DNA from: Azolla caroliniana | Lineage: Eukaryota > Plantae > Polypodiophyta | Reading direction: 5' to 3' | NCBI GenBank assembly: GCA_043228905.1 | Contig: JBHGNT010000004.1 | Span: 17,484,001-17,548,000 of the forward strand | DNA length: 64,000 bases | Shown here: in pieces, positions 34,411 through 45,000 of the stretch | How the letters are laid out: every line of letters starts with the position of its first letter | Position numbering within the stretch: position 1 is the first letter of the stretch | Translations under genes and position numbers: made by a program | The notes under the pieces: model-generated | What the model saw: the letters and a program-made list of their open reading frames with translations, nothing else | Told to the model about the DNA's origin: nothing | The model's database searches: none

Positions 34411-36210
34411 GTCGCATTTGAGATGAAGGACCTAGGGGACCTTGATTATTTTCTTGGGATCGAGGTGATCCGAACCCCTGACGGCATATTTCTCTCACAA
34501 CAACATTATGTCTTGAATATGTTGTGCAAGTTCGGCATCACAGAATGTCGACCTGTCTCCACACCCTTGGACCGAAACCAGAAGCTTCGTCCCAACTCCG
34601 GACCGGCCTACAACGAGAAACAGTTCCAACAAATTGTCGGAAGCCTTATTTACTTGACTATCACGCGACCTGACATCAGCTATCCGGTCGGAATGATAAG
34701 TCAGTTCATGCAGATGCCAACCGTGGAGCACCTTCAATGCGCGCATCGTATACTGCGATATGTAAGCAGCACGAAGGACCAGGGACTATTATACCGACGA
34801 GGTATAACCACAGAGCTAGTCGGTTACACAGATGCAAATTGGACCGGTTTTATGTTTTCCCTTGGGAGTGCAGTTGTTGCGTGGAGCAGCAAAAAGCAGC
34901 CAATAGTGGCTCTGTCAAGCACTGAGGTTGAGTACCGGGGCGTGACCATTGCCACTTGCGAAGCCGTTTGGCTTCAGCGATTGCTACGAGACTTGCGGAT
35001 CGAGGTACCGACCCCGATCCCGATTTATTGTGATAACATCAGCAGCATGCAGCTCGCCAAGAACCCTGTGTTCCATGCTCGCACGAATCACATAGAAGTG
35101 CATTATCACTTTGTGCGTGAGCGGGTCCTGAGCGGTGAAGTTGAACTACGGTATGTTCACACGGATCGGCAAGTTGCTGACATCTTCACCAAGCCGCTCG
35201 GATCGGACAAGTTGTAGCACTTTACCGACATGCTTGGTGTTCAACATCTCGACATGCCACACTTGAGGGGGAGAAGAAGGGGCAAAGACACCGCTGGAAC
35301 GGGCAAAGGCAAAGAGACTGTTGCCGACACCGGCAAGGGAAGAACCGGAAGAGGGGGAGACAAGGAGGCTGAAGAAGCCGAGGATGGAAGCAAGGCCAAG
35401 TCCCGAACGTGGTCTGATGTGGTGAAGGGCCTTAAACCGAAAGACAAGTCGGAGAATACCGACTCGAACAAGAGCTGGAACGAATCGGGGACAGCTGATT
35501 CAGATCAACAGACGGATCCGGATGAACCGAATCAACTAGAGGCTAAGCAGACACGGGTGCAGCGAAAGTCGATGCCATCGCAGAGGAACCGACGGATCAG
35601 CAAGATTCGGAGTCACAGTAGCGAAGGAGCTGAGAGGGGCCTATTGAGCAAACATGCCGAGCGAGAAGGTCGAGGCGCACAGAACCAGAAGGGTCATGGC
35701 AAACGAGACCGGACCGGATGAGGAGCGCGAGCAAGGCGGAGCGACGCTAGGAGAAGTCGGTTGGAAGAACCAACTGCCATAAAGGCTGACACTAGGATCC
35801 AACCTCAAGTTCAACTTGAGGGGGAGTGTTGAGCGGCAAGCTCAACTAGAACCGGATCGGCTGGATAAGCCTGAGCCGGTGAGCGAGACGGATCAGTAAG
35901 CCGGTGAGCTGGGGAGCCAGTTAGCCGGATCCAATCGGTAATCGGAAGCCTAGTATTAGTTTAAGACTACTAGGCAGTTATAGTCTCGTAGTAAGTGTCA
36001 GATGCTCGTGTGAGCATTGAAGTATGCGGTACTCTTGTCAATTCCACGAGGACTTGTATAAATAGTGCTACTGAGCACAGTTGTATAGATAGAGAGTGTT
36101 TTGTTGTTTTGAATATAGCTTTTAGGTTCTGCTCTCGCTGTCTCTCCTGTGTACTCTGTGTATTCTCTACTTTCTCTGTTTTCTAACGCTTCCGCAAGTA
36201 ATCGTTTACA
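34411..36210 (+). mobile_element. Ty1/copia element K, 3' fragment (RT end, RNase H, extended tail, PPT, 3' LTR); relative of F
   Basis: AFEMKDLGDLDYFLGIEV...QVADIFTKPL. PPT TTGAGGGGGAG at 35816-35826; LTR 35827-36210 (TGTTGA...TTTACA) abutting the pol of J. Confidence 0.9.
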
Positions 36211-37294
36211 AGAATGGACATCCGGCCCTCTCTTCTTCCACGCGCAATGATTCGTCCCTCTTTTTCAATGAAGCACCCTTCTTGGTCGAATCGTACTTGC
36301 ATCCCTTGCTCAACCATTTGGCCGACCGAGACCAAATTCTTCGTGATGGTGGGAACATGCAAGACATTTTTAATGTATGTTTGCTTACCTCTTTCGTCGA
36401 ACGGAACATTGCCGATGTGCCGAATCGGGTGCGTAGTGTCATCTCCAGTTTCGACATAACCGGGTCGCTCTGGCTCTCGAAATTCGAGAAACCATTCTTT
36501 ATGAGATGTCATATGGTTTGAGGCTCCGGAGTCAACAAACCATACATCCTCCGGATTGAGGGCACTAGTTGAGGTAGAGGCCGACATAGAGTTTGCTCTA
36601 TGTTTCATCATGAACATTTCGCTGTCGCGAAATTACGACGAGGATACGTGAACTTTGAGGCAAGACCCCGGGGCCTCCGATCGGAAGATATCAAATTCGT
36701 ATGCTTATATTAAACAATTAATGGAAAATGAGAAAGATTGACAAATTTCATTAATAAATAGAAAAGAAAAATTACAATCAATCCCAAGATTGGGATTACA
36801 AAAGTTTTAGCTTTTGGAGATTACTAGAATAATAGATTAGAAGAAACTAAGATATGGATTCGATAGGAAAATTATATGGCTTCCGTAGGGAAAATTAGGG
36901 TTTATGACTTCCGTAAGGAAATTTAGGGTTCTTGGCTTCGCTAAGATAAGAGAGCTCAGAAGGAAAAGAAAAAAAATTAAGATGATATGGAGAGAGCATG
37001 AGTGTAGGAAAAAATATGGAATTTTATATGGAGTTCTGCCTTGATCATCTGCATGTCCACTTTTTGTTGCATGGCCTCTACTTTTAGTTGCTTAGCTTTT
37101 TCTTTCAGTTGCATCTATTTTTACTTGCATGGCTTTTTCTTTTAGTTGCATGCGACTGTCCACATGACCTTTACTTTTTGCATGCACTCCAACTTTAGTT
37201 GCTTGCGTCCACATGGCCTTTACTTTAGTTCTCTTCACTTTACTTTAGTTTGTTGCATGATCCAATCTTCCGTTCGTCCGCGTCCAACCTCGTC

Positions 37295-37655
37295 CGGTAG
37301 CCGGTTCCGCCCGATCGCCGAATCCCTCACCGATCGGTTCCGGTTTGCTTGCTAGTTCCAGTTCTGGTTTGCTTGCCGACCGGTTTCGATTTGCTTGCCG
37401 ATTTTGCTTGCCGACCGGTTCCGGTTCCGGTTTTGCTTACCAGCCAATTTCCGGATTTGCTTGCTGACCAATTTCCGATTTCACTTGCCGGCCGGTTCCA
37501 GTTCCGGTTTGCTTGCCGGTTCCAATTCCAGTTTTGCTTACCGGCCCGGTTTCCGGATTTGCTTACCGTCCGGTTTCCGGTTTGCATACCGGTCGGTTAC
37601 CAAATTTGCTTACCAGCCGGTTTCCGAATTTGCTTACCGGCCGGTTTCCGGTTTT
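37295..37655. repeat. Short-unit degenerate tandem repeat inside I
   Basis: Repeated CCGGTTCCGGTTTGCTTG / ACCGGTTTCCGGATTTGCTT variants. Confidence 0.85.
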
Positions 37656-38422
37656 TGGGAACTTGGCCACCATCATCCATCAAGACAAAGTGGCCAAAGT
37701 GCTCTTAGCACAAATGAAAAATGAGGGAGCTCAAGGTGCTTATATAGCCATGGCCTTAAGTTTCTTATCTATGTGGGATAGTTCTAATTTCCCTATCTTC
37801 TCAAACTTCATTTTCACATAACTTGATATGTATTTCTCCATTTTGTATATAGTAAAATACGTTTTGAAGCTCTTGAGTATATGCATCTTTCTATAGTAAG
37901 CTACTAATCTAATCTATAATAATTATTTATTTATTTTTTTACATAGTGTGTGAAGATTCACACGACACTGCCACGGTCGGAGTTGTGTGCATACATTCCG
38001 CCACAATCTTTGTAGTCAAAGTTGTGCCTGTACATTCCGCTATACTCATCGTAGTCGGAATTGTCTGCGTAATTCGTGAGATGTCGGCTTGTGGAAGCCG
38101 ATTCACGCATCTTCTTTCGACACTCTTCTTCGTGGTGGCCGAGCTTTCCGTAATATCCGCATTCGGTTGCGTTTTGACGACTCGGGCCGGAGCGGAAGCT
38201 CCCCCTTCTTGCGAAGGTTCCTTGTTGGCTTCCATTTTGCAGCCGAAATTGGGAGTTGTTGTCGTAGGTCGGACCTCGTCCGCCTTGTCCTTGGCCGAAT
38301 CGGCCTCTCGCTCGTTCGCGTTGTCGGAGTGTGAATCACACACTACGTGAAATATGTAAAACATTATATCCTATTTAGAGTACGTATAATAAATAAAAAT
38401 AAAATATTAAAAATATTTATTA

Positions 38423-38492
38423 GGTGCATAGGGCAGGATTTGAACCCTGTACCTCCACGTAGACAAACCCCAACCTTACCACTATACTAACA
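38423..38492 (-). other. tRNA-derived sequence with Pol III A and B boxes (SINE head or tRNA relic)
   Basis: Minus strand GTTAGTATAGTGGTAAGGTTGGGGTTTGTCTACGTGGAGGTACAGGGTTCAAATCCTGCCC. A box TAGTATAGTGG (38489-38479) and B box GGTTCAAATCCT (38446-38435) sit at tRNA-like spacing. Acceptor and anticodon stems do not pair. Confidence 0.62.
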
Positions 38493-41400
38493 TATTATGA
38501 AATTTAAAGTTATATTAAACTTTATCCCATGTAAATATTCTAGATATGCATGGGTACAAAAAGTTACTCATGCATACACACTCGAGTTAAAAGAAAAGAT
38601 GGGATAGAAAGCTAATCATGCACATGTAGTGTGCATGAAAACGCATGTTAGATAAAGCATATAGTCTATAGTTAGAGAAAAAGCATGGATTGTGAAGACT
38701 CTCCCATCACTATATAAGGATGAGGAGCACAATGTAATAGGGTGTGGATTATTTGGAAATTGGATATATTTCCTAAAACACCAATTAACAAACTATATTC
38801 GTGGGATTCACGAAATAATCTATACTTGTGGGATTCACAAGTTCTTTTTTAATCTCTTTCTTTCAATCTAAATACATGTTCTTATCTAAAAATTGATTAA
38901 TTGAATACAATACACTCGTGGGATTCACAAATTTGTGATCAAAATTGTCTCTTACTATCTAAATATTGATTAAATACACTAAACTCGTGGGATTCACGAG
39001 GTTCATAACTTACCTATCTTTCTACCTATTGATTACTAGCCTTCTCTCATATTCTTCTTTCTCCTAGTCCAAAACCCCAGCGGTTCCCACCCGACTCATG
39101 CAAACGATCCGGCGCTGAAAGGCACGACAGTGTCCTCTTCCTCCGTTCGAGTGAGTATAGAGCATGTGGCCTTCTGACTCATTGCTCCTTGTACGCACGT
39201 GGTTTTCTTCGACCAATAGCATTGATTGGAGCTCGAAGGAGGGAGATTTCTACCTTGCTAGAACGGCGGTTCGCATCGCGCCGAACCATGGTGCGAGGCC
39301 ACCGAGGCATATTTGCACCATCTCATCATCATCGATACTTACGCTTATTGAGCCGAGCGAGTCGCAAAGCTCCTTGATCTTCACGGTGTATGTCGTGATG
39401 GACATGTCCCTTTGTTGAATGTTGTTCAACTCTTGGTGGAGCTGAAGCCTTCTTGTGGTTGTGTTCGCCGCGAAAATCTTTCATAGATTTTCCCATGCCT
39501 CCTTCGGCGTCTTGGCTTCGCGAATGTAGCCGAGCATGTGATCGTGAACACATGTCGCCAAGAAATACATCACGCGGCTTGCGGCTTGCTCCCATGTCGC
39601 ATATCCGGGAGCCGCTTCGGCGGGTCGGCCTTCGTGCTCTCCTTTGATGTAGCTCCAATAGCCTTGTTTGACAAGGTATTGGTGCATCTTGTACTCCCAA
39701 GTTGTGAAGTTGTTTCGATCCAACTTCTCGGTAGGGAGAGCGCTCCCCATTTGAGTATTCATTATGTCGATTCTTCTTCTTCTTCTTCTTCTTCTTCTTC
39801 TTCTTCTTCTTCATCTTCTTCTTCTCTCTTCGAATGCGAGCTATGTAGTGAAGCTACGATAGTGATGCGTCGGCTCTTGGTCGTCGGCGTGGAGCACAAC
39901 ACACGATCACGATGAGGCGAATGGGCTAGATCGAGCTACCAACCTTGCTCTGATACCATGTAAAGAATCGGGTATGATTCTTGTGTAGAGAAATAGGTGT
40001 GAGCTGTGTGTGTGTATGAGAGAGAGAGAGTGTGCGAGTGAGACAAGGAGTAAGACAAAGAGTATACGCAAGATAGATTATATTAACAAAGGAGAAAGAC
40101 TCAACTCCTATACAAGGTGGGAGGAGGGTGCTTTATATAGTCACCCTCTCTCTTCATTAACTACAAGATTCATGGAGCATGGGGAATGTGAAAGCTCATA
40201 AGTTATGTGTCATAGAATATGATTCTATGACTCATACTTAATGCTAGAATACAAAGAGGTGGCATAATGGTGACTCTTGACCGTTTGAGTGTCTATTCAC
40301 TCTCAAGGTGAGTTCACACACTAGACCAAGTTGAGCTTGATTCTCAACATTAATAAACAAGTAATGTGAGTTTCCATTGGAATTTTTTGGCACATCATCA
40401 ACAAACTTGGATGCCCTTTGGGCCATGTTTGACACTATCTCAAATTTCTATGAACAATGTTTAGTATATGATCCAATGATGTATTACTCGTATCTTTTAT
40501 CTCACATTTCCAACGTCAACATGGAAATACAAAAATGATTGTTTTGACATGTAGTTCTAGAATATGCAAAACAGTCACAATATCATGTTGTTGTTAACTA
40601 TTCCATTGACAAAAAAAAATGCAAAAAGTGAGATACAAAATATTGATATTTTTTGAAGAAATGATGATGTTTGATGGGAGAGACACATGTGGCTAATTAG
40701 GAGCACAAATCTATATTGGCAATTACAAGAGAGACGGAGAGAGAAAACCAAATGAAAAGGGGTGCCACACACATCCTCACTATGAGATTGTCAATGACGA
40801 GGCTAAAGAAAAAAAACATTAGGATTGCAAGGTTCTAAGGAACGGTCTAGCCAATGTGAAGCTTTGAGCCTAATTGGCCACATCATAGTAAAAAAGAATA
40901 GAAGTTTGGGGATGGTGTAGATGATGCAACAACGAGTGTCTCTAAAAGTCGATGCCCAAGTACCACTAAACTTGAGAAGGGAAATGCAATGGTTGGCTAT
41001 GGTTCCAATGATAGCGCGAATGGTATCTCCAAATTTTCTCATCCAAGATTTAGTGCAATTGAGACATTAAATGAAGTGGTGAAGGTATGGAAAAAGAAGG
41101 ATCCTTATGAGAATGAAGAAAAACAAAAAGAAGAGGCACTAATCATTACCTCCAAAACCACATTCTCAAACTCAATTATGCTTGACATGAGGTTTGGAAA
41201 AGAAGTTGTGCAATAATGATGATGTTGGAGTTCGGAATATGTTGGGGTTGCAAGTCTAAATGATAACACGAATGCAATCCCCAAGGCTTCAAGCCCAAGC
41301 CCCACTACGGTCAAGACCTTACTTGAAGAGAATATCAATGAAGATAAGCCCTATGAATTTGAGATGACAATCGTCAAAAGGGTAATAGAGGTAGAACATA

Positions 41401-42054
41401 TGGTAAACTCATCTTTGATCCCAAAACTTGAGCAATCTGCCTATTATCACGTTCAAATAAGATTTCCACACATCTTGAACCTACCAATCCTTGCACAAAA
41501 TTTTGTCATAGTCATAGTGTGTACTCTCAATTGCAATATTCATTAGTAAAGTTCTTGAACATTGAGTGTTGCTACTCAATTTCACATGTATTGCATGAAA
41601 AAATTATCTTTGGTCCGCCATGTCATATTTGACCGTAAAAAGATGATGATAAGATCCTTCTCTCTCTCTCTCTCTCTCTCCATAACCTATTTGAAATAAT
41701 GAACTATGATAGTTCCATGCATCTTTCTCAAGAACCAATACTAGATTGCTATAAAAGTTATTTTCAAAAGTTTAGGGGAGTGTATATGTCTATAAACTAA
41801 TGCAAAGATGTCAAATGTGGAGGTAAATTGTATCATGTACATGTAAGAAATTGTTGAAATATGTTATCAAATTGTGGGGATATCAAAGAAAATTGAAGTT
41901 TTCCCCCAATTTTTAAGAAAAATGGTGCAAGAAAACTTAGCATTGTCAACTTAAATGCTCCTTAGCATATAGATGAGATTGCATTGTGCATGAATGACCA
42001 TGGCTCTTTTATCATTTTCTACTCCCCCATATTACTATCTAGTAATCCATAACT

Positions 42055-45000
42055 CTCCCTTTTTTTCCAAGAAAAACTTCTTCCATTAGTTATAAAATTT
42101 TACAAATGAGACGATTATGTACAAATCCCTGTAGGGACGCAATAGTTCCATCTTATGTGGATGCCCACTGACTCAAGAAAGGGAGAGGACGACCATTGTT
42201 GGATGAAGGCTATTTGTTGTCTTTCAACTCCATCAGAGCCGCCCTTAAGGCCATCATATTGGCTCTTCAAAGTGGCTATAATTTCACTCCATATCTCTTG
42301 CAGTAACCTTGTTGGATGTGCGGTTTGGTTGGAGAAGGCTCGCCTACATCGTTGTTTCCATAGAATCCAAAGAGTTATTGGGCTAACCAATTCCAACACC
42401 TCTTGAGATTTGTCATTAAGAGGAGTGGAGTGGACATTGCCATTGGAGGAGAAAAAGACCTCTTGTGCTTTTATCACCAAAGTCATCCCCTCCTCATGAT
42501 GCTCATATCTACCAACTACGGTCTGCCATGATAGCTAACATATATTTCCCCACTTGATTGAGCTTTGCACCTAGCATAATTGCAACAAGCGGCCAACCCC
42601 CCGCCATATTCGATGGGACGTTGGGTAGTCCCATAGAGCGTGTCGTATTGATTCTAGTGCATGTGGGCACTCTACACAATTAGGAGAGCTAAGGTTCCCA
42701 CGTTGTTATGCTCCCACTGGTAGGGACTTATGTATTAATGGCCATTGGAACGTGGTAATTCGCCTCAAGTGTTGTTGTTTCCAGATTTTCTGCCAAAACT
42801 TGGTGATTATTGTGGGAGGAACTTGAAATGTGTCACCTTCACAGCACTCGGCTCTCGGGCGGTTTGAGCAGCTAGAATGTGGCGACCCAATCTAGTTGTG
42901 AATTGGAAGAAAGGGATGGGTTTGCTTCCTTGCCCCATGTAGGGGTCATGCCATGTCCATTGCAAAGGGTTCCAACTAACCTTACATAGCCATGTGTTTT
43001 CATGAGTACATATGTGCCAATCAGGTTGTACTTTGATCGGATCAGGATCTACAATCCATTTATGACCAGTACACGCGAGTACTCGAATTGCGTTATTCTG
43101 TGTTGGTGTCTCAATGTCTCGCAATTCAGAGCCTTTGAGCCTGTCTGGTGGTCCCCTACCTCTCGGGATCAGAGATCCTTCCTCTGCGTGGCCTATCCAT
43201 TTCTCCATTGTCGTCCTTTGAGTAGCAGATTCCCTAATCAATAGAGCGTTAATGATTTCCGATCTCATAATCCATCTACCCCTGATTCCATGGAGTATGT
43301 TCGCCTGATCTTGTAGTGGCAGTGACATAAACTGTTGCCAACATTCTACACTTTTTCCTGGACCATCTACAATGTATCCCCATGACAACCCCTTACGTGA
43401 TCCCAATAGTTGATTAGATTCATCCTTGATACATGGGTTCCATAGGATACGTTGACTGAGCCAAGCAGGTTCGGATCTCGATTGATCACACTTGGACCCT
43501 CGACGAATGTCACACCATGCCTTCCACATGGATGCACTAAATCTATCCTCCAATTGGCGGGAGAAACTAGGTTTGAGATCCATGTTTAGAATCCATCCTG
43601 TTTGGGGGGCCCAAATGACCCCTTTTCGTGGCCTAAAGTAAGCGAAACGTAACCCCAGTAGCATTTTCCAACAGTCATTTCTTGGTTGGAGTCCTCGCAC
43701 CACAAATTTTGCAAGTAAGGCTTTTGATTGTGAAAGGGGATCAATAAGACCCAATCCCCCTCTCGACTCAGGCATTGTGAGTATCAGCCACGCCACCTTC
43801 GCGCGAGCTACATGGTCTTCCTTACCAGACCAAATGTAGTTGCGGACCAGTCGTTGAATCTGATGTATACTTTCCTTGGAGATTGTCCAGCATGATAGAC
43901 TGTACCATGTTGTTGCGAGTAGTACCTGATTTGCCACTATGATGCGACCCGCTAGCGACAGTTTTTTCGAGCTCCAATGTATCAACTTTTGTCGAATGGA
44001 ATGGATAACGGGTGCAATCATAGTCTCCGGCGGTATGTTGAAAACAATTTGGAAACCCAAATATTTGGTGGTCACTCCTTGATTGATCCATTTGAAAGCG
44101 GGATGTGGGTGCCATGCCGGATGTGTTTCCTAAGAGAGCCATATTGCACAGGATTTGTGCCAATTGATCATGGCATTGGATCTCTTGCAAAATACAACTA
44201 GCCCACTTTCTAGCTTTTGGAGGTTTTCCAAGTCCCCTTGCATGTAGAACGATGTGTCATCTGCAAATTCTATATCCAGGATGCTTTGGTGAGAATGAGG
44301 TACGGGAAGACCACGTAGGTTGAGATGCCACGAGTTGAGAAAGCAAGAGAGTGCTTCGGCGTATAATAGAAATAAGGATGGAGCTAGTGGGCATCCCCGT
44401 CGTACAAATCGGGATATTCGGAAAAAGGGGCCCCTTTCACCTACCAGTGAAACACAACTGCTACCATTTCTATAAAGTCTTGCAATGCCTTTGATCCATG
44501 TCTCTTGAAAGCCGAGTTCCAGCTAGCATACCCTGTCATATGCTTTCTCAAAATCTAGTAGCACCACCGCTACCTTGTTGTTGGTACGCTTGGCAAGGGC
44601 TATTGCTTCCCAGAATGAGAAGAGGTTGTCTAGGATGCTCCGATTTCTAACAAACCCTGTCTAGGATGGATGAATGAGTTGAGGGAGAAGTGGTGTTAAA
44701 CAACGTGCCACGATTTTTGCGAGCAACTTATAGACAATATTGAGAAGAGTTATGGGCCGCCACTTGCCAATATCGTTGGCATTCCCACCACTTTTAGAAT
44801 GAGATGTATCATCCCCTGTCCAAATTCCTCGGCATGCTTCCAGAGGTGATGATCTCCTCATATGCCTAGAGGAGGTCTTCTTTAATAGTGTCCCAAAGGC
44901 ATGTGAAAAAGTGTGGGGTGAGGCCGTCGATTCCAACACAACTATCGGCATCTAAATCAATGAGGGCCTCCCATATCTCGATGATTGATAGGGGACGCAC

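Larger units (their letters stand above)
36623..39129 (+). mobile_element. 2.5-kb solo-LTR-like insertion I, related to the H family at its termini
   Basis: Starts TGTCG and ends CGACA like the H LTRs, and shares CCTAGTCCAAAACCCC (~39063 vs ~29227) near its 3' end. TATATAA at ~38711. No matching TSD. Confidence 0.68.
36211..40253 (-). mobile_element. Ty1/copia element J, 5' fragment (5' LTR, PBS, gag, PR), interrupted by I and cut by K
   Basis: LTR ~39959-40253; PBS TGGTATCAGAGC on minus at 39947-39958; (GAA)n leader; Gag MGSALPTEKLDRNNFTTWEYKMHQYL (39130-39762); PR VWFVDSGASNHMT (36211-36622). Confidence 0.88.

Noticed and set aside
39770-39825. Poly-Lys and poly-Ser ORFs
   Set aside because: They are translations of a (GAA/TTC)n microsatellite in the leader of copia J.
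14360-40253. D and J, or F and J, as two halves of one element
   Set aside because: D and J each have their own protease region, and F's LTR (26165-26554) does not match J's LTR (39959-40253) beyond the first few bases.
40300-41600. Short ORFs (e.g. 40989-41216) as a host gene
   Set aside because: No recognisable motif or consistent splice pattern; probably very old TE debris.
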